This document shows positions 29,179 to 38,578 of a stretch of DNA of 64,000 nucleotides, piece after piece. A program made the position numbers and the translations under genes. A model generated the notes under the pieces. The model was not told where the DNA came from and made no database searches. It saw only the letters and a list, made by a program, of their open reading frames with translations. Position 1 is the first letter of the stretch, and the number at the start of each line of letters is the position of its first letter. Source of the stretch: a virus; the IMG/VR virus record IMGVR_UViG_3300008050_000036, positions 1 through 64,000 of that record. One strand, written 5' to 3'.

Positions 29179-31404
29179 TTACAATACAAAATATGGGTTC
29201 GTTTCTGTTGCCTTTATGTGCCGAACCTCAAACTCAACATTTGCAGTAATTGGTCCTTTATCATCGGGCAACGGGTGGTCTGCTTTAGATACAGTATAAT
29301 CTTCAATGGTAATACTGCCATTTTGACGGGTTGAAGCAGAACCGGGTTTATTCAAAGTCAAGGTAATATCATTAGTATTGATGTGGTGTTTGCGCTGGCG
29401 TAATTCATCAAACCATCTACTATCTTCAACCAGTGCATTAAACTTGAAAGTGTATTCTCTTGCCGCTTCGGTAATTTCAGAAGCATAGTGTGTGGCTGCT
29501 TCGGCGGTTTGGTCAGAAGAAGCGTATGCGCCATCTGTCCCACGGATATACCACCGAGCAGTATTACCGTTTGCTATTGTTAATTCTGCATCAATGGCTC
29601 GCAATACTAATGCACCAAAGGCACTGAACGATACATGCTGAAATAGATACGGTTTTTCACCATTAACTGCAATACCCGATACTTTACGGTTAGCAAGACT
29701 ATCTGCAGTATTTTCAAACATACGATGGGGTGTGATAAAATTACCTTTTGTGTCAGTGAACATTTTACCCGCCTCATAATCACCGCTTATTTTGACTTCA
29801 CCTTCTGTATCTGCTTTTACTTGAAGGCTATTGACCTTACAACCTGAGAATATACGAAGTAATTGTTCGCCACCCGGAGTCACGTCTGTTTGTCTAAATG
29901 ATTGTTCAATTGAAAAGGTAGGCAAAGTAGTATAACCAAAGAAGTTATGGATAACTCCATATTTCAATTCATTTGTAGTATCTAAAATATCGGGGCTTCC
30001 GCGCAACCAACTTGAATTATATTGTAATCTTTCTACCCCACATGAAGCAGTAGTATGGTCGAACAAGAATGCTTCTTCAACATAAATATAATCTTCATCC
30101 CCACCGCTACTTGAACCAACGGCAATAACTCGGCGGATTTCATGTTTTTCCAAAGTGGGTGCGGTCACATCAGCACCCGGAATACTTACTGTATCTTTAT
30201 CAAAGATTTGCACATATTCACCAACAGTGAACTTATCCACCAAGTCTGACCCAATTTTCACCCTAATGTCACCTGCTGAAATGTTAGCCGTGGGTTGTGC
30301 AAGAAGGTAAATCGGAACATTGACGACTTGCGCCCTTGCTACTGCCCCGGTATCAATATCAGCACAAGAAGTAAGAGTAGTTGATGCACCACCACCTGCG
30401 CCGTAATACCCAAGCAGAACATCATTTCCATCGGCTGAAAGCACCTTGAATAGACCTGCTGCGGGTGCTGATTCATGGCTTACATTAGCATTATTGGTGA
30501 GAGTGATAGTAGCCGCCGGAACAGTAGCCACAGAAAGCGCACCAACGAATACATCTAAGTTGGTATAGGTGTTTGATAGACCTGTTAATTGGTTTGCACC
30601 AACGGTGGCCGTAATGGTTGTATCTATTCCGGCTGCACCTACTTCTTGTGCTGCATAAGCGGCAGTTGCCGAATCTTTGATATTGAGGGGTAAATCAGTC
30701 AATACGGTGTCTGTGCCTGTCACATTAGAGAACTCGCCCATGCTTCGTGCCGTATGGCCTCCAAGAGCATATTTCATAAAGCGTAAAGAATGGGCGTTAA
30801 GGTCATAACTCCCGCCTGAAAGTGTTTCTTTTCCACTGGTTAATACATTTACATCACGACCCATGCCGACAATATGTTGCTTTCGCACATCAATCTCCGG
30901 TTCAGGAAGGCTAAATGAATTGAGCAGACCCAAGAATTGGTCTGTTTTAACACGGTGGTCTGAAGAACCCATAGCCGCTTCAAAGGTAGGAACTCTCAAG
31001 TCATTTATGATAAAATAATCATCAGTATCAGCAGTAGCGGCAGATGTAGCCAAACGGGGTTGTATAGTAATACTGTCAGTATCATTCGCAGTAATATAAT
31101 ATGTTCGCTTGGTTGAAGTAAAATCATCGGCAGTAAAATTATTACTACCACCACTTGAATATATTTTCAAAGTAGCACCAACTAACATATTATCAGGCAC
31201 TTCGGCAGCGGGACCAGCCGCTACCCAATACATACCCGCACCAATGTTCAATACTGAACTGTTGGCGGTAGGTCCATTTACACTATCCCAACCACCAGTA
31301 GTGGCGGTTGCGCCAGTATTACCTGTTCCTTGACCGAATAAGCCCGTTTCTTTTCCAAGCGATACTTCGCTTAAATCACCTTTATATATGTTATTTACAG
31401 CCAT
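29179..31404 (-). CDS. Major tail tube protein with inserted decoration domains
   Basis: Tube-like segments LSEVSLGKET, FMKYALG, LPTFSIEQ..IFSGCKVNSLQV and ELTIANG..EITEAAREY; upstream of the chaperone. Confidence 0.75.
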   Translation of the reverse strand: MAVNNIYKGDLSEVSLGKETGLFGQGTGNTGATATTGGWDSVNGPTANSSVLNIGAGMYWVAAGPAAEVPDNMLVGATLKIYSSGGSNNFTADDFTSTKRTYYITANDTDSITIQPRLATSAATADTDDYFIINDLRVPTFEAAMGSSDHRVKTDQFLGLLNSFSLPEPEIDVRKQHIVGMGRDVNVLTSGKETLSGGSYDLNAHSLRFMKYALGGHTARSMGEFSNVTGTDTVLTDLPLNIKDSATAAYAAQEVGAAGIDTTITATVGANQLTGLSNTYTNLDVFVGALSVATVPAATITLTNNANVSHESAPAAGLFKVLSADGNDVLLGYYGAGGGASTTLTSCADIDTGAVARAQVVNVPIYLLAQPTANISAGDIRVKIGSDLVDKFTVGEYVQIFDKDTVSIPGADVTAPTLEKHEIRRVIAVGSSSGGDEDYIYVEEAFLFDHTTASCGVERLQYNSSWLRGSPDILDTTNELKYGVIHNFFGYTTLPTFSIEQSFRQTDVTPGGEQLLRIFSGCKVNSLQVKADTEGEVKISGDYEAGKMFTDTKGNFITPHRMFENTADSLANRKVSGIAVNGEKPYLFQHVSFSAFGALVLRAIDAELTIANGNTARWYIRGTDGAYASSDQTAEAATHYASEITEAAREYTFKFNALVEDSRWFDELRQRKHHINTNDITLTLNKPGSASTRQNGSITIEDYTVSKADHPLPDDKGPITANVEFEVRHIKATETNPYFVL

Positions 31405-31411
31405 TTTTTAT

Positions 31412-31846
31412 TCAACTCACTACTGGTAGGGGTTTGGCAAATGTCATCAATTCAACTTGCATTGTGTAGCGGAATAGCCTCTTGCTACGGTCCGACAAGT
31501 CGGTTCGGGTTTTGAAGATTGCCCTGTCAAAGTTAATACTATCCCCTTTTCTAAACAAATGTATGATTCGCCGGACCTCATCGCGGAGGTCAGAAAGACG
31601 GCCCCTTCCTTTGATTGTTCGCACATCAATAGTCAAATTAACATGTTCATTTACAAAGTCCATCAACAACTCCGGTTGAACTTCATTGTGCGAGGTTTCA
31701 AACAGACGGATAATATCGTGGTCTTGGAGGCGAGTTCTTTTTCCTTCCCCTGTTTCAAGGGTAGCAATATCAAAAATAGATGGTTTGGGTGATATATTCC
31801 AATTGCTATTCAACAAAGAAGTAAAAGCCTCTATTGCATCTGTCAT
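31412..31846 (-). CDS. Putative tail terminator/completion protein
   Basis: 144 aa just upstream of the tube gene; LTIDVRT..LRDEVRRII..LFRYTMQV pattern. Confidence 0.6.
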   Translation of the reverse strand: MTDAIEAFTSLLNSNWNISPKPSIFDIATLETGEGKRTRLQDHDIIRLFETSHNEVQPELLMDFVNEHVNLTIDVRTIKGRGRLSDLRDEVRRIIHLFRKGDSINFDRAIFKTRTDLSDRSKRLFRYTMQVELMTFAKPLPVVS

Positions 31847-32127
31847 TGATTCATCACCTTAAATAATTTAGCGCGAGATACCTCAACATTTAATGCGAAG
31901 GGGCTATTGGCTTTATGTGCTTTCATTATATTGGCTATTTCTTCTTCATCTAAAGGCTTTTCATCTTCTAAAGCCATTTGTTGCTCTAAGAGAAATAATC
32001 CCTTAAGGTAATCCGGTTCATGGGCCTGTTGCCGTTCTAATGTTTTTTTGTATTCTTTTGTAGCAACACCCACCTTTTTGAAAAACTTTATCATATCAGG
32101 TAGGTCGGCTTTACTCATAATACTCAC
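31843..32127 (-). CDS. Hypothetical protein (neck region)
   Basis: Translationally coupled ORF. Confidence 0.6.
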   Translation of the reverse strand: MSIMSKADLPDMIKFFKKVGVATKEYKKTLERQQAHEPDYLKGLFLLEQQMALEDEKPLDEEEIANIMKAHKANSPFALNVEVSRAKLFKVMNQ

Positions 32128-32294
32128 CCCTGACGCATGGCATCTAAACCAGCATCCGTGGCTTTATTGTTGGTAGCACAATCCTTACAAAGATATTGGC
32201 GATTTGCATTACTCCATATTGGTCTGCGCTTACCGCATTTATCGCAATTTTGAATCAATCTTCCGCTTTTTACTATTTTTAATTTATCTGTCAT
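32124..32294 (-). CDS. Small Zn-finger protein (56 aa, not in ORF track)
   Basis: MTDKLKIVKSGRLIQNCDKCGKRRPIWSNANRQYLCKDCATNNKATDAGLDAMRQG fills the gap exactly. Confidence 0.7.
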   Translation of the reverse strand: MTDKLKIVKSGRLIQNCDKCGKRRPIWSNANRQYLCKDCATNNKATDAGLDAMRQG

Positions 32295-32295
32295 A

Positions 32296-33903
32296 TCATC
32301 CACCCATTCCTGTCACAATTATTGATTCTTGAAACGGCACAAGTAATTTCTGCACTTCGGCTTCTAATTTTTGGTGTTTCATAGATAAGTCCACATTTTG
32401 TGTTCCTTCAGGGAATAATACTGAATAATCATCTGACATAATAATATCCATAACTACTAATTTTGTGCAAGCATCAACAATACTGCGTTCAACATATCGC
32501 TCTCCATAAATATAAGCCATACGTAGTGAATGGTTTTCAAAGAAGGGGTATTCATTGTTAAAGAGAATCATACCGTTTTCTTCTATACTCCACCAAGACT
32601 TTTGGCGTTCTTCGTCATTTATATCACACTTAAAGCGCACTTGTTTAACTACATCACCCACCAATATATTACCATCAAAGTCATTTAACTCATCATTTAT
32701 GATTGTGAATGTATTGCCACTACGGGTGCATAGGGCAATACGATTGGTTGTCCCACTTTCGATATATACCAGCGAATGACTCTTAACAAAGGTTGAACCA
32801 TCTTCAACAGTAAAAGAAGTAGCGGGCGCACCAGTCACAGTCAATACCGTGGTTTGAACGGAAGTGGTTAGGTTTGTTTTGTATGTAATTGCAGTATTGT
32901 GGGTGGTGGCAATTGTTGAATTGGCCCCTCCTTCGGTGCTACGCATAGAACTAATCTCCACCACTCCATCACCAGCATCACTATTAGCCAAAGCCAAAAA
33001 CTCATGGTTTAGGTTTAGGGCGGCGGTTGAACTGGATGAGGTTTCAGCAGTTAATGAGCCAATTTGTATGGCGGCTTTATTAAAATCCCCATCTTCATTT
33101 ATCAAAGCAGCGAGATTATCCGCTGTGGATTTAGCATCAAAATCAGCCCGCCAATTAGTAGAAGCAGCACCTACTGTCAAAGTGGCAACTCCATTAGCAC
33201 CCGGACAAAGTAATATGCTTTGACTTGATAGTAAAGTGTGGTCCATTATTGTTAATCCTACGCGGGCAGAAGCCATTTCACGGTAATAGTCACCTTGCCA
33301 TGCGCCCATCTTTAGAATGCGCTGGATAGCACCATGCTTAACAAAAACCGCACCCACGTAATCAGTATAATATCTGCGCCTAAATGGTTTGAATGTTGTA
33401 AAGTTAAGGTATTCTTCGGCTACTAAGCGGGGTCGCCAAGCATGACGGGTCACTTTATCTATGTAGTCTTGGCGATTGCGAATTAGATTCTCAACATGGC
33501 TCTTTTTAATACCCCGTTCATTACTATTGGTAAAGGCCGAAAGATGTTGGATTTGTGCGTTTTTATCACTTTCGTAAGTTCCACTCCCTACGGCCACAAC
33601 ATATACCTGCCCCCCACTACCTACTGAACTAATGCCAGTGATTGTATATTGTGTTCCCAAAGCGTTATCATCATCATATACTAAAACAGTATCACCTGCT
33701 TCATACCCCCAACGGCGATAATTAGCACCTGTGATGGGGAACTTAATGTCTGCCCCATCAATAACACTATCTGCCGCTAAAGCCACAGGGTCAGGTAATG
33801 GTAATTGTAAATAGTCACTCACTTTAGATACAGTAGTATATACTAAATCATCAGGATATAGTGGTGCTTCCGGCCTATGTCCGGGTGTAAAGGTGCGAGG
33901 CAA
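32296..33903 (-). CDS. Head-tail adaptor/connector protein with insertions
   Basis: YTTVSKVSDYL..QDYIDKVTRHAWR..YIYG..IVDACTKLV pattern of gp6/gp15-like adaptors; located after the capsid genes. Confidence 0.65.
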   Translation of the reverse strand: MPRTFTPGHRPEAPLYPDDLVYTTVSKVSDYLQLPLPDPVALAADSVIDGADIKFPITGANYRRWGYEAGDTVLVYDDDNALGTQYTITGISSVGSGGQVYVVAVGSGTYESDKNAQIQHLSAFTNSNERGIKKSHVENLIRNRQDYIDKVTRHAWRPRLVAEEYLNFTTFKPFRRRYYTDYVGAVFVKHGAIQRILKMGAWQGDYYREMASARVGLTIMDHTLLSSQSILLCPGANGVATLTVGAASTNWRADFDAKSTADNLAALINEDGDFNKAAIQIGSLTAETSSSSTAALNLNHEFLALANSDAGDGVVEISSMRSTEGGANSTIATTHNTAITYKTNLTTSVQTTVLTVTGAPATSFTVEDGSTFVKSHSLVYIESGTTNRIALCTRSGNTFTIINDELNDFDGNILVGDVVKQVRFKCDINDEERQKSWWSIEENGMILFNNEYPFFENHSLRMAYIYGERYVERSIVDACTKLVVMDIIMSDDYSVLFPEGTQNVDLSMKHQKLEAEVQKLLVPFQESIIVTGMGG

Positions 33904-33904
33904 T

Positions 33905-34246
33905 TCAATTCCTCCAATTACTATTATGACTACCCAAATTATAGTTCATGCTTTTACTACATACTCCGCATTTAGGAGTCCAACAAAAATGTAATGCACC
34001 ACAACTTAAGCACCGTGTTCCAGCACCTATGTTTTGTATGTTTTTTTTAGTATTTCCTTTTATTTGTATGCGTTTGGTTGTAGCATAACGCATATTTTCT
34101 TCAGAAAAGGGAGATTCATCTTCGTGAACCGATGATTGAGAAGCATTGGCTATTTCGGCCATACGCACCTTACGGCGTTTTTGAATATCGTATGATTCCT
34201 CAAAGTCTAAGGTTTCTATTTCCATTCTGCGAGCCATATTAGCCAC
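33905..34246 (-). CDS. Zn-ribbon hypothetical protein
   Basis: CLSCG...CGVC. Confidence 0.65.
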   Translation of the reverse strand: MANMARRMEIETLDFEESYDIQKRRKVRMAEIANASQSSVHEDESPFSEENMRYATTKRIQIKGNTKKNIQNIGAGTRCLSCGALHFCWTPKCGVCSKSMNYNLGSHNSNWRN

Positions 34247-34263
34247 CCCCTATGGGCGACTAA

Positions 34264-34605
34264 TTAAGCCCTGCCACCAGTGACCGAGATATTAACAGTC
34301 AAAGTAGATAGGTCAGTAGTAGGGTCTACATCAACAAGAGGTATATTTGCCCCCCCACCGTCAGCGGGGTCTGTTTGCCAATAAACTTTCAAAGCCCCTA
34401 CTGTTGAATCATAAGCAACGGTATAGCCGTCTTTTTGCTCAATGTTCACCATATCAATACGAGGGACATAATTAGTGAGGTCAAGAGCCTCACCTGCGGG
34501 ACCCGCATATGAATTATCAAAGGTGGCGGTCAAAAATGTAGTTATTCTATTGCCGCTTACTGAATTACGGCGTGTTTGCGATACGGTTAGTGCCATGTTG
34601 CTCAA
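34264..34605 (-). CDS. Putative small virion structural protein
   Basis: Beta-rich and Thr/Val-rich; head module context. Confidence 0.55.
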   Translation of the reverse strand: MSNMALTVSQTRRNSVSGNRITTFLTATFDNSYAGPAGEALDLTNYVPRIDMVNIEQKDGYTVAYDSTVGALKVYWQTDPADGGGANIPLVDVDPTTDLSTLTVNISVTGGRA

Positions 34606-34641
34606 TTCTCCTGTGTGGGTATGCCTTTATCAATTATTCCC

Positions 34642-35202
34642 CTAATCATAGATGATTATAACAATAATTGAACCTGTATCTACCGCCCAAGCGTTAGTGG
34701 TTTGGAGGTTTATTTGCACTTTACCACAAACAACACCAGTCCAAGCGGCGGGGGTTGTGATTACCCCTCCTGTATGTGAAGGGGCTACCCCTCCTGAACT
34801 AACCCCTGTTGAAACCACTAAATTATTACAAATAGTAGGGGTAGGGACCGATGAATCATTTTGCGCCCCACCTTCGGTTGTTTGAAAGTGGTATGGGGCT
34901 GGTGATGTAGTGCCAAAATCTAAACCTGTTAATTGGTCGAAAAAAGGAATAGCCGTTCCTAACGAATCTAAAATATCGGCCATTTTTAAGTGAAACTTAC
35001 CTGTGGTTGAGCCAGCCCCTACTTTACTATCAGTAGCATCAACTATTATTTTATGGACCTTGCCATTGATATTGAGGTCTGCGGTTGCAGTAGTATTACC
35101 GGCTAAATCACTGTTGGTGAACTCATAAACTATTCGATTAACTCTTGTCCGACTACCATAACGGCCTACGCCGTCATCTATGGAGTCAGCAGTTAGGCTC
35201 AT
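34642..35202 (-). CDS. Putative virion structural protein
   Basis: Beta-rich and Thr/Gly-rich; head module context. Confidence 0.55.
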   Translation of the reverse strand: MSLTADSIDDGVGRYGSRTRVNRIVYEFTNSDLAGNTTATADLNINGKVHKIIVDATDSKVGAGSTTGKFHLKMADILDSLGTAIPFFDQLTGLDFGTTSPAPYHFQTTEGGAQNDSSVPTPTICNNLVVSTGVSSGGVAPSHTGGVITTPAAWTGVVCGKVQINLQTTNAWAVDTGSIIVIIIYD

Positions 35203-35645
35203 TCTTCATCACCAAGAGAAGCGGCTCTTGCGGTCAGAGAAGCCTTAGTATCGGTTCTTTCAACACCCAAGCCCTGTTCTCTAAACCAGCGCATCATTTG
35301 GCTACGGGTCCAGTTAGGGTCAAAGGGGTTCACTTCTTCAATAGGTGATTCAAATAATTCTTCAACAATAGAAGGTGCGGGTTCTTCTACCTTTACCTCT
35401 TTGACGGGTTCAGGCTTTACTTCTTCAACTACTGCAAGTAATTCTTTTGTTGAAGGTGTTTTCTTCAATTCAGTGACTTCCCATTGAGGATAGCCGGAGT
35501 GTTCAAAGCGAACTGCCAATTCTTCAGGTATATCATCACGGACCATACCACGACTAAAACCATAGGTTTGCCCATTATGCTTAAACTCAACATAGGGGCG
35601 ATTACCCACATATTTTACTACTGACAAGGGCTTCCACCCCATCAA
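35199..35645 (-). CDS. Protein with C-terminal HeH/Rho-N-like motif
   Basis: NWTRSQMMRWFREQGLGVERTDTKASL after a Glu/Pro linker. Confidence 0.6.
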   Translation of the reverse strand: MMGWKPLSVVKYVGNRPYVEFKHNGQTYGFSRGMVRDDIPEELAVRFEHSGYPQWEVTELKKTPSTKELLAVVEEVKPEPVKEVKVEEPAPSIVEELFESPIEEVNPFDPNWTRSQMMRWFREQGLGVERTDTKASLTARAASLGDEE

Positions 35646-36022
35646 CGGTATAATATGCTAAGGCGGTGAGTATCACCGGCTGTTCCGGCGGCACTTGTGA
35701 AAGTCACTGTTGCGCCCGATTGCCCAACTGCGGTAGGAACATCAGCGGCGGTTGTAGTATTGGTGATTCCCAATATGCTAACTACTGCTGTGCCATCAAC
35801 GCCCGTAATACCTGTAAGCCCTATATCTGTTAAGTCAAAGGTGGTTGCGGTGGATGCCGCAGTAATAATCAAATCAATAACCAGTAGGTTAAGACCGCCT
35901 TCGGCGGAATTACTACCAATCGGCGATTGTAGCCATGCGGTGCTACTTGGGTCGCTTCCTGCCCACATTCGGTTGTCAATAACAACACTGCTGCTTGCTT
36001 CTGTAATGTTTATGTTTGCCAT
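35642..36022 (-). CDS. Putative capsid decoration/cement protein
   Basis: Directly downstream of the major capsid gene; 126 aa, Thr/Ala/Gly-rich. Confidence 0.55.
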   Translation of the reverse strand: MANINITEASSSVVIDNRMWAGSDPSSTAWLQSPIGSNSAEGGLNLLVIDLIITAASTATTFDLTDIGLTGITGVDGTAVVSILGITNTTTAADVPTAVGQSGATVTFTSAAGTAGDTHRLSILYR

Positions 36023-36044
36023 TATTCATCATCTCCATTTAATT

Positions 36045-37202
36045 TCAACTAAGGTCCCGTATCTTCCCGCTTGCTTTGAAAAAGGTGCAAGTCAATTCGC
36101 CCATTGTGTGAAACATTCCCATCTGACCAAGACGGTTAATACCGAAGGGGTCGCCGGTTTCAATACCTGATTCGTGGTAAAGTGTTGGTTTTGCGGTAGT
36201 GAACCATTGGTAGTCAGTATCTAAGAAGTAAAGACGGCTTGAACCACCGCTTTCTTTGTGAACATCTTTGGAGGGAATGATAGGCACACCGTTGTAGGTT
36301 GCTACCATGAATCCACCTTGAATGCCCGGAACTCCCTTTACGCCATTGACGCCGGGAACTACACGCTTCATCTCAACAAATCGTTGCTGAGGTTGTAATA
36401 ATTGCTGGATTGTTTCTAATGTGTCATATCCAGTTAAGATAACCTTTGGTTGGCCTCCTGCTTCCCATACACTGCGGAACATTCCGTCAAGCATATTAAG
36501 AGTAAGGGGGCGTTCTGCACCGGCTGTTCCTGCATCTACTTGGGCATCATACCATGAGGCTGAACCTGCGCTTCCACAGGTTAAATTATATATATCGTGG
36601 TCTGTTAATGCGCTAACATCACCAAAGGCTGCGGTTTCAACAAAGGATGAAGAAGTCACTCGGTCAAGAGATTCAAAGCCATTACCAGCAGGGGTGTCAA
36701 TATCTTCAAGAAGCATCTTGTTCACATGTTCTGTGTGGTGCTTTGCCATTTCCATCTTCATTACTGCTCTTGCATCACCAAGTCCATCATCTTTGTCAGC
36801 GAGGAACATTGCGGTTTCAGAAAGGTCAAATGTGTGAGCGATTGTCTTTGGCTTGGTGCTTACATGCTCAAAGGTAGGCTTACTGGTTTCAGGTAGGGTT
36901 GCGTTTTCACCAACACCGCCGCCTTTGTTAAAGTCAGGCTTTGCGGTAGTGACTCTCCAACCACTCTTTTCCCACGGTTTCTTAGGTAGGATTGAGAAGG
37001 CATTGAACTCTTGGTTCAACTGCGACCAAACTTTACGACCAAAGATTGCTTGGTATGTGCCGCTGGTGCTGCTCATTAAAGGTGCGTCTGCTTTCAAAAG
37101 GTCTGTCCCACTATAAGACCAAGCACCTTGTCCTGTGCCAGCCCCATAGTAAAGGCGTTCCATATCTTCAATCGTGCGTAAATATCCTGTGCTTCCACTC
37201 AT
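36045..37202 (-). CDS. Major capsid protein (HK97 fold)
   Basis: FGRKVWSQLNQEFNAFSILPKKPW.SGWRV, GVGENATLPET, FESLDR and YNGVPIIPSKD..YFLDTD; follows the protease-scaffold gene. Confidence 0.92.
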   Translation of the reverse strand: MSGSTGYLRTIEDMERLYYGAGTGQGAWSYSGTDLLKADAPLMSSTSGTYQAIFGRKVWSQLNQEFNAFSILPKKPWEKSGWRVTTAKPDFNKGGGVGENATLPETSKPTFEHVSTKPKTIAHTFDLSETAMFLADKDDGLGDARAVMKMEMAKHHTEHVNKMLLEDIDTPAGNGFESLDRVTSSSFVETAAFGDVSALTDHDIYNLTCGSAGSASWYDAQVDAGTAGAERPLTLNMLDGMFRSVWEAGGQPKVILTGYDTLETIQQLLQPQQRFVEMKRVVPGVNGVKGVPGIQGGFMVATYNGVPIIPSKDVHKESGGSSRLYFLDTDYQWFTTAKPTLYHESGIETGDPFGINRLGQMGMFHTMGELTCTFFKASGKIRDLS

Positions 37203-37215
37203 TTTTTTCAACTCC

Positions 37216-38550
37216 TTATTGTGTTCCTCCGAACATGGCTCTTTGGCCTAATTCCTCAAGTGCTTTCCACCCATCAACTCCGTTGCCTAAAGCAGCGTAT
37301 TCTTCGTGGGTAGGAACTCTAATGTCGGTTTGTGCGGGAACTGCAACTGCTGACTTTTGAATCTCGGTGTTTTGTGTTTGGAGATTTGCTATTTCTGCTT
37401 TCAAAAGGTCAATTTGTCCTGAATAGTCTTGTGATTTCTGAATATCGAGTGCTTGTTGTGTTTCTGCTTCATAGCGGTCATGCCATTCTTTCTCAACAAG
37501 TGCTTTTACTGCTTCTTCATCACGGATTGCTGAGTATGCACCATATCCACGCTCAAGAGATTGTGGGCTTAGGTCAAGACCTTGCTTGATAACTTGTCTA
37601 TTACCACGGGCAGGGTGTTGATTCATACCGGCAACTTGGGGTTGCTTGATAACATATTTATTGGATTTGGCATTTGGTAGGCTTGGTGCGCTTGCGAGGG
37701 TAGCATCTTCGCCACTACCTACTAAGTCACCCTGTCCTCTATGCCCATAGCCATGTTCACCATCAACGCCAGCCATATATGCTTTACCAAGACCGAAGTG
37801 GTCCCGAAGTCCGTTTAGATTAACACCTTGTTGGTGTGCAAACTTCTCAAGGGTATCAATGTAGGCAACGGCGGCTTCTTCGCCCTTACTTATTTCTGTT
37901 TGTTGTATTTCTTGTGTTGGTTGCTCAACTGCGGGTTCGTTTGTTTCCATATGCTTGTTAATGCGAGATAGTGCATCTCGGATTTCAGTTAGGGTTTCTG
38001 CTTGTTCATTTGTCATATTATCCACTTCCATTTTTAATAGTGTATATCCTGATTCGGGGTTAATCCCCTTTTTACACAAAGTAATTTCATGCAACTCCAT
38101 ATCGGTTATTTCGCGGTGTGAGCCGTGTTCTTCCGTAGTCTTATTTACTCGGAACAAGGCTTGGCCTCCGATAGAAAATGCTCGCAATTCACCACTGCGA
38201 ATCTGTTTTTGCACTTCACGTGCTTTTTCAATATCATCTCTAATGCGGCATATAACAAAGAGTCCATGTTCATCAACATTTGATTTCCATACCCTGCCGT
38301 CTGAATCAGTAAAGGAGTCAAGAACCTCACCAACTTGAATACCGCTATGTGCTAATTGCACATTACGATAAGACTTGTTAGCCATAAAACCATTAAAGGC
38401 TTTCTTTAATGCAGATACAGGGATTCTATCTCCCTGCTTATCTACCATATCAACAGAAGCATACCCCGCTACTACAAGGTCTTTATCAGCGACAGACTTC
38501 AAAATAAAGTCTTGACCGATAGCCGACCATTGAGAGGTTGCGCTCGCCAT
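37216..38550 (-). CDS. Prohead protease fused to scaffold region
   Basis: VVAGYASVDMVDKQGD, QLAHS, AFSIGG and LHEITLC..GINP are HK97/U35-type protease motifs; coiled-coil C-terminus. Confidence 0.9.
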   Translation of the reverse strand: MASATSQWSAIGQDFILKSVADKDLVVAGYASVDMVDKQGDRIPVSALKKAFNGFMANKSYRNVQLAHSGIQVGEVLDSFTDSDGRVWKSNVDEHGLFVICRIRDDIEKAREVQKQIRSGELRAFSIGGQALFRVNKTTEEHGSHREITDMELHEITLCKKGINPESGYTLLKMEVDNMTNEQAETLTEIRDALSRINKHMETNEPAVEQPTQEIQQTEISKGEEAAVAYIDTLEKFAHQQGVNLNGLRDHFGLGKAYMAGVDGEHGYGHRGQGDLVGSGEDATLASAPSLPNAKSNKYVIKQPQVAGMNQHPARGNRQVIKQGLDLSPQSLERGYGAYSAIRDEEAVKALVEKEWHDRYEAETQQALDIQKSQDYSGQIDLLKAEIANLQTQNTEIQKSAVAVPAQTDIRVPTHEEYAALGNGVDGWKALEELGQRAMFGGTQ

Positions 38551-38578
38551 TAAACTGCTTGACTTAGTGTTATGGTAT

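Noticed and set aside
29179-31404. Contractile tail sheath
   Set aside because: The size fits, but the motifs look like tube protein, and no separate tube or baseplate wedge genes were recognised.
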